From assembly GCA_003605065.1 (NCBI GenBank), contig QZJM01000070.1, forward strand, positions 6,382-70,381: a stretch of 64,000 nt of DNA, given 5' to 3'. This stretch comes from Dethiobacter sp. GTDB lineage: Bacteria > Bacillota > Dethiobacteria > DTU022 > UBA8154. This document shows positions 54,562-63,595 of the stretch, piece after piece. Both the position numbers and the translations under genes were made by a program. Each line of letters begins with the position of its first letter. Position 1 is the first letter of the stretch. The notes under the pieces are model-generated. The model had not been told where the DNA came from. It did no database searches and saw only the letters and a program-made list of their open reading frames with translations.

Positions 54562-54590
54562 ATTCTACCATTCTAAGACCATAAAGTCAA
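54562..54590 (-). promoter_or_regulatory. sigA promoter of tRNA-Pro
   Basis: On - strand TTGACT, 17 nt, TAGAAT. Confidence 0.8.
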
Positions 54591-54776
54591 CAACCGGGAA
54601 GCAAGATTTCGTGTTCTTGCCGAACATTTTAAGGAATTTTCTCTTTGTAGGGGTGATGTTCTGTTTAATTTTAGATTAAGTGTGATTTGAGAAAAAATAT
54701 GATATGATCACAAAGATCTGGTACAGTATTTTGTAAATGCTATTGTATTGTAAAAATATAATGTGGAGGTACATAA

Positions 54777-54980
54777 ATGGCAAATGCTTGTGGCAACACC
54801 AAAATCGATATTGGTAAGGCTTGTAACTGTTCCTATTCCCCTTGCAGCAGGAAAGGGCTCTGCTGTGAATGCCTGCATTACCACCGTTTAAGAAAAGAAC
54901 TTCCAGCCTGTTACTTTAATGTGGATGATGAAAAAAGTTATGACCGGAGTATAAAACATTATATAAGCAAACATAAATAG
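54777..54980 (+). CDS. Small Cys-rich protein (DUF6485-like)
   Basis: [21 protein letters not shown]...ELPACYF; GGAGG RBS. Confidence 0.8.
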   Translation: MANACGNTKIDIGKACNCSYSPCSRKGLCCECLHYHRLRKELPACYFNVDDEKSYDRSIKHYISKHK

Positions 54981-55115
54981 AACTTTTGAAGCCATTAAGT
55001 TGCATTGGTAAAATTTTAAAAATCACAATTTAACCCTGTTTACAGCGATTAAGTCTTATTAGCAACCGTAATACATAAACAGCATATCTTTTCTTAAAAA
55101 AATTTCCTGTAATCA

Positions 55116-55143
55116 TTGACTTTTTCACTTAATTTGTTAAAAT
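55116..55143 (+). promoter_or_regulatory. sigA promoter of speD-speE
   Basis: TTGACT, 16 nt, extended TGnTAAAAT. Confidence 0.65.
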
Positions 55144-55188
55144 TTAATTTGACCTTTAATACAAAATTTTAAAAAGGGGGTTTTGAAA

Positions 55189-55584
55189 ATGCGCGCTTTA
55201 GGCCGTCACGTTCTAGCTGAATTTTATGGGTGTTCTCCAGATATACTAAACAATACAGCCAAAATCGAACAAATAATGGTTAATGCAGCCCTGGAGGCTG
55301 GAGCTGAAATTAGGGAAGTTGTCTTCCATGAGTTTACTCCGCAAGGAGTAAGCGGCGTTGTGGTAATATCCGAATCACATCTGGCTATTCACACATGGCC
55401 CGAGTTTGGATATGCTGCAGTGGATGTATTTACTTGTGGGACTACTGTAGATCCCTGGGTGTCGTGCTACTATTTAAAGAAGCACTTTACTGCCGAGCGT
55501 ATGGCGGCCAAGGAAATAAAACGCGGCATTTTCGAACTAAATGATGCTGAAATAAGCCCTATACAGCAAAAATCTGCTGTATAG
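55189..55584 (+). CDS. speD: S-adenosylmethionine decarboxylase proenzyme
   Basis: [34 protein letters not shown] (E|S cleavage), DVFTCG; ATG 55189 preferred over TTG 55183 on RBS spacing. Confidence 0.95.
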   Translation: MRALGRHVLAEFYGCSPDILNNTAKIEQIMVNAALEAGAEIREVVFHEFTPQGVSGVVVISESHLAIHTWPEFGYAAVDVFTCGTTVDPWVSCYYLKKHFTAERMAAKEIKRGIFELNDAEISPIQQKSAV

Positions 55585-55605
55585 GAACAAGAAGGGGGCC
55601 TGTCC

Positions 55606-56520
55606 TTGCCATCTCTAATCTGGAAATGGTTTATTGAGCATACCCATCCTACCCAAGCGCACATGTTCGGCGTGGAAAGGTATATTTACAATGGCCAAAC
55701 CCCATTTCAGAGCGTAGAGATCGTGGATACGGATTTTTTCGGTCGTTGTCTGATTGTTGACGGGAAAATCCAGTCAGCACAATTGGATGAATATATTTAT
55801 CATGAAGCACTAATCCACCCCGCTATGGTCATGCATCCGGTGCCCAGAAAAGTTATGGTTATTGGTGGAGGAGAGGGAGCCGTTTTAAGGGAGATATTAA
55901 AACATCCCTCTGTAGAGAGGCTGTTAATGGTCGATATTGACAGCGAAGTAGTTGAGCTTTGTAAACAGTATTTGCCGGAATGGAGTCGGGGAGCCTTTGA
56001 TAATCCCAAGGTAGAGACGTGTTATATGGATGCCCGTAAATATCTGGAGCAAAACGAAGATAAATGGGATATCATATTCATTGATCTCACAGAGCCACTG
56101 GATGACAGTCCTTCGTACCTGCTGTTTACAAAGGAATTTTACCAATTGGTAACTCAAAGGATTAAAAACGGGGGAAGTATAGCGCTGCAGGCCGGCAATT
56201 TAAATCCCAGGCTGTTCGAGTGCCATGGCGCGATTTATAATACTTTAAAACTTGTCTTTAAAAACGTGGACTCCTATGGAGCTTTTATTCCTTCTTACGA
56301 TTCCAGGTGGGGTTTTATCCATGCTTCTCAGGAGTCCAGTGCCCCGAAATTTACCCCTTTGATGATTGATGAATGTCTTAAGGAAAGAAACATCAACGAT
56401 TTACGCTTTTATGACGGTTTAACACATCTCCACATCTTTACGTTAACAAAGGACATGCGTGAATTGCGTTCCAGTGAAAAGCGGATTATCGAAGACAACA
56501 ATCCTCTTTTCACTTATTAA
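55606..56520 (+). CDS. speE: Polyamine aminopropyltransferase (spermidine synthase)
   Basis: QTPFQSVEI, DGKIQSA..DEYIYHEALIHPAM, VIGGGEG, VDID, DIIFIDLTEP. Confidence 0.93.
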   Translation: MPSLIWKWFIEHTHPTQAHMFGVERYIYNGQTPFQSVEIVDTDFFGRCLIVDGKIQSAQLDEYIYHEALIHPAMVMHPVPRKVMVIGGGEGAVLREILKHPSVERLLMVDIDSEVVELCKQYLPEWSRGAFDNPKVETCYMDARKYLEQNEDKWDIIFIDLTEPLDDSPSYLLFTKEFYQLVTQRIKNGGSIALQAGNLNPRLFECHGAIYNTLKLVFKNVDSYGAFIPSYDSRWGFIHASQESSAPKFTPLMIDECLKERNINDLRFYDGLTHLHIFTLTKDMRELRSSEKRIIEDNNPLFTY

Positions 56521-56530
56521 GAACTCAGGT

Positions 56531-56568
56531 AAGCTTCTCATCTTTTAGAAAGATAATGAGAAGCTTTT
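56531..56568 (+). terminator. Rho-independent terminator after speE
   Basis: AAGCTTCTCAT...ATGAGAAGCTT plus T run. Confidence 0.8.
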
Positions 56569-56611
56569 CTTTTATAAAATAAAATTAGCTTCAGAAAGGG
56601 GACGACTCTAT

Positions 56612-57061
56612 ATGGAAAAAACCTTTGTAATGCTTAAACCGGATGCTATCCAGCGGAACCTGGCCGGTGAGATAATCGGCAGGTTGGAAAAAAGGGGCCT
56701 TAAACTGGTAGCTATGAAAATGCTTCGAATAGGTAAAGAAATGGCAGAACAACATTATGGTGAACATCAAGGCAAACCTTTTTTTGACGATCTGGTAAGT
56801 TTTATTACCTCCGGGCCGGTGATAGCAATGATCTGGGAAGGGAAACAAGCGGTTCAGGTAACCCGTAAGATGATGGGAAGCACGGATCCACAGGAAGCGT
56901 TACCAGGGACTATTCGCGGGGATTATGGACTTTTTACCGGCAATAATATCATACATGGCTCGGATTCCACAGAGAGTGCAGGCAGGGAAATTTCCCTTTT
57001 CTTTTCAGAAGAGGAGATAATAACCTACCATAAAGATATGGATTCCTGGATATACGGTTAG
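56612..57061 (+). CDS. ndk: Nucleoside-diphosphate kinase
   Basis: [34 protein letters not shown] phospho-His motif. Confidence 0.97.
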   Translation: MEKTFVMLKPDAIQRNLAGEIIGRLEKRGLKLVAMKMLRIGKEMAEQHYGEHQGKPFFDDLVSFITSGPVIAMIWEGKQAVQVTRKMMGSTDPQEALPGTIRGDYGLFTGNNIIHGSDSTESAGREISLFFSEEEIITYHKDMDSWIYG

Positions 57062-57133
57062 TTTAGAATCAGGGTAAAAGGGTATAATGTTTAAAAAATA
57101 TAACTATTTTGACTATTCAATTGAAATCATAGG

Positions 57134-57175
57134 TAGGGTATAACCCTAATACTAAGGGTTATTATCCCTTAGGGG
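57134..57175. repeat. Cluster of overlapping inverted repeats (alternating AGGG/CCCT)
   Basis: TAGGGT-ATA-ACCCTA, TAACCCT-N7-AGGGTTA and TAAGGG-N7-CCCTTA overlap within 42 bp. Confidence 0.8.
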
Positions 57176-57360
57176 CTTTTATTTTTAGTATTTTTCCCGA
57201 TAGTAAATAATATTAACTTATGGCAATATGATATTGTAATAATAATTTACTATTAGTTGTTATTATATCATCTCGATAGAAGTTATTTGTTAATTTAAAA
57301 TATTACTAAAGAGATTGTTGTAAAAAAAGGACGTTTTGTTTAAGGACGGGTTTAAGGAAT

Positions 57361-57542
57361 GAAGCCCCGGGTAAGAATTATAATCAAATTAATATAAAAG
57401 ATATTGAAGAAGAAGTTAATTATTATTTAAAAAAGAAAAAGGATTTTCCTCTATTGTAGATCTATATAGGGCGATTTTTTCTGTACAGAAGAAAAAAACT
57501 TTAATGGTATATTACAGAGAAGCTAGAAAAATTAGAGTATAG
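57361..57542 (+). pseudogene. Degraded fragment resembling the N-terminus of FdhE
   Basis: With one -1 shift reads EVNYYLKKKKDFSSIVDLYRAIFSVQ versus EVEFHLEKNKNLAQIFEVYKGILAVQ in the downstream FdhE (10/26 identical by hand); no in-frame start. Confidence 0.55.
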
Positions 57543-57699
57543 ATAATGTTTCTAGCAATGTTCATGGTTTTTGTTGACTCAAACAGATAAGAGGCAGGTG
57601 ATGTGATCGAGGGGGAGAAGGAAGTAGAGTAAGTTGAAAATAAACCTGTCCCGTCATGGTTAAATGGAGACTTCATCGGTACGAGGAGGTGAAAAGAAC

Positions 57700-58599
57700 A
57701 TGGAGTGTTATTACCCACCATCAATGGATAGAGTCATTAAGGAAGTAGAATTTCATCTGGAAAAGAATAAAAATCTTGCACAGATATTTGAGGTTTATAA
57801 AGGAATTTTGGCCGTACAGCTTGATATTCTGGACAAGATCAAAACCTCTGTCAATCTTTCAGAAGAAGAGTTGAAAGAATACTTCAGGAATAAAAAGTAC
57901 CTGATGGCGGACCAAAAAATAGAGATCGATAGCGAACTTTTCAGGAAAATACTCCAGTCAGTGTGTAAAGCAATCAAAGAGGCCAGTCCTGAAGCACCTG
58001 TATCTCTTTTGAGACTATCAGAAGCAGAAGTATTTAATGAAGAAAATATTCAGGAATTTCTACGACAAATTGCTTTATACAACAAACAGGAACTGGAAAG
58101 TTTTATTGAAGAAAAGGAAATTGATAAGAAAACCGGCTTAGACAGTGAAATAATTGCTTTTGTTATCTTTATGAGCCTGAGCCCTTTTTACAGTGTAAAC
58201 ATGAAAGAGGTTAGGGGAAAAGTAGATTTTTCAAGCTGGCGTCAGAGTTACTGTCCTGTATGCGGCCAAACCGCTGTAATTGCCAAACACCGGAATGAAG
58301 ACGGAGCAAGAGTTCTGGAGTGCTGGCTCTGTCATGCCGAGTGGGTTTATCCTCGTATGGAGTGTCCTTATTGTAATAACAATGATCAAAAAAAGTTACG
58401 CTTTTTTTATGTAACAGGTGACAAGGCACGCCAGGTTCATGTTTGTGAGCAATGTAAAAGGTATCTGAAAACAATTGATAGCAAAATCATGGAAAAGGAT
58501 GCTCTTTTGGATATCGAAGCAATTGCTACGAGCTATTTAGATGAACTGGCCAAAAAGGAAGGCTATAAACCTCCCATAGAAATGGTTGTTTTAAACTAG
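57700..58599 (+). CDS. fdhE: Formate dehydrogenase accessory protein FdhE
   Basis: CPVCG, R.LECWLCHAEW.YPRMECPYC, VCEQCKRYLK Cys pairs; ATG 57700 behind GGAGGTG; upstream of FDH genes. Confidence 0.88.
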   Translation: MECYYPPSMDRVIKEVEFHLEKNKNLAQIFEVYKGILAVQLDILDKIKTSVNLSEEELKEYFRNKKYLMADQKIEIDSELFRKILQSVCKAIKEASPEAPVSLLRLSEAEVFNEENIQEFLRQIALYNKQELESFIEEKEIDKKTGLDSEIIAFVIFMSLSPFYSVNMKEVRGKVDFSSWRQSYCPVCGQTAVIAKHRNEDGARVLECWLCHAEWVYPRMECPYCNNNDQKKLRFFYVTGDKARQVHVCEQCKRYLKTIDSKIMEKDALLDIEAIATSYLDELAKKEGYKPPIEMVVLN

Positions 58600-58720
58600 G
58601 CGGGCACTGAACCTAAAGTTTATTTTTAACCGAAATACCCAATTTAATAAACAATCAGGAAAGGGGTCAAAAAAAATTATTCCAATTTGTTAAAATATTG
58701 AAGTGAGGTGAAATATTTTT

Positions 58721-61700
58721 ATGAAGATTTCCCGTAGAAGTTTTTTATGGATTTCTGGTGCCGCCATTACCGGAAGTTTAGCTTTAAAGCTTGGTTGCGC
58801 ACCGAAGCAGCCACCTGCTGGTCCTGGCGAACCGCAGGTTGAAGCCGAAGATTTGAGAATTAAATATGCTCAAACATCAACTGCTATTTGTCCTATTTGC
58901 GGTGTAGGTTGTGGTGTTCTCGTTTACTCGGAAAACGGGAAAATAGTTGCGACGGAGGGCGATCCGGATCATCCCATCAATGAAGGCACACTTTGCAGCA
59001 AGGGATCGGCACTATTTAACATGTACTATACTTACGATGTAAAAGGAGAGGCCATCCCCAACCCGCAGCGTATGACCAAGGTTCTTTACCGTGCACCAAA
59101 AGCCAAAGATTGGGAAGTAAAAGACTGGAATTGGGCCCTGGAAACGATTGCCGACCGCGTTAAGAAGACCAGGGACGAGTACTTCCAGGAAAAAAACAAA
59201 GACGGTGTCACAGTTAACAGGTGTACTGCCCTGGCCTGGCTGGGAAGCGCCATGTGCAACAACGAAGAAAACTACCTCTTCCAAAAATTCGGCCGGGCTC
59301 TCGGTATTACAAACTTAGACCATTGTGCCCGTCTCTGACACTCCTCTACCGTTGCCGGTCTTGGCAACACATTCGGCAGGGGAGTAATGACCAACCACTG
59401 GATAGATTACAAGAATTCGGATGTCATCATGAATATCGGTGGCAATACCGCAGAGAACCACCCCATTTCCATGAAGTGGGTCCAGAAAGCCCGTGATGAA
59501 AGAGGGGCCAAATTAATAGTCGTAGACCCGCGTGTCACCAGGACGGCAGCTGTCGCAGACCTGTATGCACCGATTCGCCCGGGGACAAACATCGCTTTTC
59601 TTTCCGGTTTAATTAATTATGCCCTGGAAAAGGACCTGTATCATAAGGAATATGTCCTTAATTATACCAATGCAGCCAGCCTGGTTAACCCGGGATTTGG
59701 TTTTAATGACGGGCTTTTTACCGGATCGAAAGCTGCAGAACATGGCCAGTATACTTATGACAAGGCTACCTGGGCTTTCCAGACGGATGCTGAAGGAAAA
59801 ACTTTAAAGGACCCAACACTGCAGGACCCCAACTGTGTCTTCCAACTCATGAAAAAGCATTATTCCCGCTATGACGTGAAGACAGTTTCTGAAATTACCG
59901 GATGCCCGGAAGACAAATTCCGTGAAGTGGCCGATTTATTCTGCAGCACGGGTAAACCGGGTAAGGCAGGCAATATTTTATATGCCATGGGTATAACCCA
60001 GTTTACACATGGCTCACAGGGTGTCCGCAGCATTGCTTTACTACAGCTTTTGTTGGGCAACGTAGGTATCGCCGGCGGTGGGGTAAATGCCCAACGCGGC
60101 CAGTCCAACGTCCAGGGTGCCTGTGATATGGGGCAGCTTTACCACATCGTAACAGGCTACATGCCCATGCCTGCTGATGCACATAAAGACCTGGCCGGTT
60201 ACAATGCTACCACTCCCAAGGCGGGTTATTGGACCAACAGGCCCAAGTTCATGGTCAGCATGTTAAAGGCCTGGTATGGCGATAAGGCAACCGCTGATAA
60301 CGACTTTTGCTTTGATTACCTGCCCAAACTGGACAAGGACCGTTCTCACATGGCTATGTACAAGTACATGGCTCAGGGTGAAGTAAAAGGTATGTTCTGT
60401 TTTGCTGACAACCCCGCGGTGGGAGGCCCTACTGCCTTCCGGAAGCGTGAATATGCCAAGAAACTCGACTGGCTGGTGGTATCGGATATCTTTGAAAACG
60501 AAACGGCGGCTTTCTGGAAAGCGCCCGGTGAGAACCCGGAAGAAATTGACACGGAAGTATTTCTCTTACCTGCCGCCCTGCATTTCGAGAAAGAAGGTAC
60601 CATTACCAACAGCGGACGCTGGATCCAGTGGCGCTATAAAGCCCAGGAAGCGCTTGGAGATTCTAAATCCGACCTGTGGATTGTTGACAAGCTGTTTAAA
60701 GCAGTACGCAAAGCTTATGCAGCCGGTGGTAAGTTCCCCGCTCCCATCCTGGATATGGTTTGGGACTATGGTGATGATGCCGATGCTGTTAAAGTGGCCA
60801 TGGAGATTAACGGCTACGATGCATCAGGCGCACTGGTTGAAAACTTCACCAAACTGGCTGATGACGGCTCCACTTCCTGCGGCAGCTGGATCTACAGCGG
60901 CTTCTACAACAACGAAAGCGACCCGGCAAGCAAGCGCCGTGAAAAAGAAACCGAAGGAATCGGCAGTAATGCCAGGTGGTCTTTTGCCTGGCCGGTAAAC
61001 AGGCGTATTGTTTACAACCGCTGCTCTGCTGATCCTGAAGGCAAACCCTGGAATCCCGACCTGCCCGTCTTATGGTGGGATGGAAAAGAATGGAAGCGTA
61101 ACGACGTGCCTGACTTCAATGCCACTGTTCCGCCGGCAGATACCGCCAAAACGCCGTTTATTATGTCTCCAGAGCTGCAGGCCAGGTTATTTTCTTCGGC
61201 CATGGCCGAAGGCCCCTTCCCCGAGCATTACGAGCCGTGGGAGAGCCCGGTTGCTAATAAGATGGGTAAAGTACAATTCAACCCGGTCAGCAAGGTATGG
61301 TATCCGGGGGACAATGCCGAAGTGGGCAGTTCAGAATTTCCGTATATCGCTACTTCATATCGTCTTACGGAGCACTACCAGTCCGGGATTATGACCCGCA
61401 ATATGCCCTGGCTTAATGAGGCTATGCCGGAGATGTTTGTGGAAATCAGCCCGTCTCTGGCCGGAAAAATTGGGGTGAAAAGCGGCGACAAAGTAGTTGT
61501 GGAGAGCAAGCGTGCGCAGATCGAATGTAAAGTAGCTGTCACCCCGCGCTTAAAGTCTCTTAAAGTCAACGGTGAAGAGAAGGAAATTGTCGGTATGTTC
61601 TTCCACTGGGGCTTCATGGGCCTCTCCAAAGGTGCCTCAGCAAACGACCTGATTCCTTCCATCGGTGATGCGAACACAACCATACCGGAATTCAAGGCAT

Positions 61701-61729
61701 TCCTGTGCAATATAAGGAGGGTGGGATAA
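58721..61729 (+). CDS. fdnG: Selenocysteine-containing formate dehydrogenase alpha subunit (FdnG/FdhA type, Tat-exported, Mo/W-bisPGD), 1002 aa
   Basis: ORFs 58721-59338 and 59387-61729 are in frame, joined by TGA 59336-59338 in HCARL-U-HSSTVAGL...FGRGVMTN; SRRSFL Tat motif; CPICGVGC...C; RGQSNVQG; PEHYEP.ESP; RLTEHY. Confidence 0.95.
59351..59368 (+). promoter_or_regulatory. Bacterial SECIS element
   Basis: GTTGCC-GGTCTT-GGCAAC hairpin starting 12 nt after the in-frame TGA; resembles the E. coli fdhF SECIS apical stem-loop. Confidence 0.88.
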
Positions 61730-62515
61730 ATGACAACCAAAGTTAGGCTTATTGATGTTTCTAAATGTGTGGGCTGCAAAGGTTGCCAGGTTTCCTGTAA
61801 GAACTGGAACCAACTGCCGGCTACACCGACGGAATTTAGCGGTTCCTATGAGAGCCCTCCTGATCTTTTTCCCAATACCTGGAGCCGTGTAAAATTTAAT
61901 GAGTATGCGGATAGCGATAAAGTTAAGTTTTACTTCTCCTTCTTCTCCTGCATGCATTGTTCAGATCCAGCCTGCCTGAATATTTGCCCGGTAAAAGCCA
62001 TTTCCAAGGACAGTCTGGGTTCGGTAAAGGTGGACTTGGGCGTTTGTATAGGCTGTGGTGCCTGCAAGGGCGTTTGTCCCTTTAATGTACCGAGAATAGG
62101 CAATAATAAGATGTTTAAATGCACCCTTTGCTCTGCTCGGGTCAGCAATGGCATGGCATCCGCATGTGCCACGGCCTGTCCTACCGGGGCGATCTCTTTA
62201 GGGGATGCAGATGAAAAAATTGCTGAAGCAGAGGCCAGAGTAGCTGAATTGAAAAAAAGTGGTTTTGCTAATGCCCGTATTTACGGCAAGGATGAACTCG
62301 GTGGTTTGGGAGTGGTTTATGTGTTGACTGACGCTCCTGACAAATACGGCTTACCTGCAGAACCGAAAGTTTCTCTTGCCGACGTTTATTTCTGGAAGGT
62401 GGCTCTTGGTCCTGTAAAAACACTGGCCACGGTAGGCCTGGCGGCTGGTGCCCTTTCCGGTTGGCTGCAAATGCGTAAAGAGGAAATCAGGAAGGAACAA
62501 GAAGGAAAAGAATAA
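61730..62515 (+). CDS. fdnH: Formate dehydrogenase Fe-S beta subunit with C-terminal TM anchor
   Basis: CVGCKGCQVSC, CMHCSDPAC..CP, CIGCGACKGVCP, KCTLC..R..ACATACP (four clusters); C-terminal hydrophobic helix. Confidence 0.92.
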   Translation: MTTKVRLIDVSKCVGCKGCQVSCKNWNQLPATPTEFSGSYESPPDLFPNTWSRVKFNEYADSDKVKFYFSFFSCMHCSDPACLNICPVKAISKDSLGSVKVDLGVCIGCGACKGVCPFNVPRIGNNKMFKCTLCSARVSNGMASACATACPTGAISLGDADEKIAEAEARVAELKKSGFANARIYGKDELGGLGVVYVLTDAPDKYGLPAEPKVSLADVYFWKVALGPVKTLATVGLAAGALSGWLQMRKEEIRKEQEGKE

Positions 62516-62558
62516 GAAATATAAATCCTTAGCTAGTTTTAATGGAAAGAATAATTCT

Positions 62559-62588
62559 AAAGAGGGGAAAGACATCCCCTCTTTTTTT
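62559..62588 (+). terminator. Rho-independent terminator after FDH beta
   Basis: AAAGAGGGGA-AAGACA-TCCCCTCTTT plus T run. Confidence 0.85.
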
Positions 62589-62606
62589 ATACCAATCATA
62601 TGTTGG

Positions 62607-62635
62607 TTGTCAGTTAGATTTAAATACTGTATAAT
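62607..62635 (+). promoter_or_regulatory. sigA promoter of the response regulator
   Basis: TTGTCA, 17 nt, TATAAT. Confidence 0.75.
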
Positions 62636-62669
62636 TTACATAGCTAAACAAGAGGAGATTGGAAAAAAG

Positions 62670-63341
62670 ATGGACAAAATAGGGATTTTAATCGTTGACG
62701 ATCATGCCGTTTTAAGAACGGGTTTAAGATTATTGCTCGATTCTCAAAAAGATATGGAAATAATCGGAGAAACAGGCAGCGGTATGGAAGCACTTGGAAT
62801 GGCCGCTGATTTGAAACCCAGGGTAATTTTACTGGACCTGTCCCTTGACGATATTAACGGGCTGGAGATTCTCTCGGAGTTAAAAGCCATTGACCCGTAT
62901 ATTAAAGTATTGGTTTTAACCATGCATGATGATGAGGGTTATCTTCATAAAGTGCTGGAAGGCGGCGGTGACGGCTATATCTTGAAGAAAGCTGCTGATA
63001 TTGAATTGATTACTGCCATAAGGGCTGTAAACCGTGATGAGATCTTTCTGGATCCATCTTTGACCAGGGCTGTATTAAGAAGTATCTATAACAGTAACAA
63101 CAGAGACGCACAGGAACACAGCGGAGATGAAGACATATTAAGCAACAGGGAGAAAGAAGTTCTAAAGCTCGTCGCTCTCGGTTATACCAACAAGCAGATT
63201 GCTGATCAATTAGTGGTGAGTATCAAAACTATTGAAAGCCATAAAGCGCGTATTAGAGAAAAACTGAATATGAATTATCGTTCCGACCTTGTTAAGTATG
63301 CAATTCAAAAAGGTATTCTGAGCAAGGAAGAGGAAAAATAG
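62670..63341 (+). CDS. NarL/FixJ (LuxR) family response regulator
   Basis: IVDDH, LLDLSL, VLTMH, ILKK receiver; LSNREKEVLKL...YTNKQIADQL.VSIKTIESHK LuxR HTH; start moved from 62448 to ATG 62670. Confidence 0.93.
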   Translation: MDKIGILIVDDHAVLRTGLRLLLDSQKDMEIIGETGSGMEALGMAADLKPRVILLDLSLDDINGLEILSELKAIDPYIKVLVLTMHDDEGYLHKVLEGGGDGYILKKAADIELITAIRAVNRDEIFLDPSLTRAVLRSIYNSNNRDAQEHSGDEDILSNREKEVLKLVALGYTNKQIADQLVVSIKTIESHKARIREKLNMNYRSDLVKYAIQKGILSKEEEK

Positions 63342-63595
63342 CAATTTTTCTTGGTGATAATTTTTAATAGCCCATCCCTCATTAAAAGGGATTTTATATT
63401 TTGTTAATCTATTATAATGCAAGCTCAAACTTCTCCGTAATAGAGCAAAAAAAACCAGGGTTTTACATAATATAATTAGGGCTTTACGATAGTTTATATA
63501 GGTGATATAATCAAGTCTAATAGATATAAATTAATAAAATGCCCTATAATTGTAGTGTTATTTTCAGGATAAACCGGTAGCAGTTAGGGGATGTA

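Noticed and set aside
58687-58704. Rex-like half site TTGTTAA before the FDH gene (also 63401-63418)
   Set aside because: Right half does not match TTAACAA/TTCACAA; likely chance in AT-rich DNA
110-63428. Dozens of 60-170 aa ORFs in the track that overlap larger genes (e.g. 1943-2248, 21016-21426, 36036-36527, 50455-50964, 59221-59496, 60402-60998, 61375-61779)
   Set aside because: Antisense or alternate-frame shadows of well-supported genes, with no RBS or recognisable motifs
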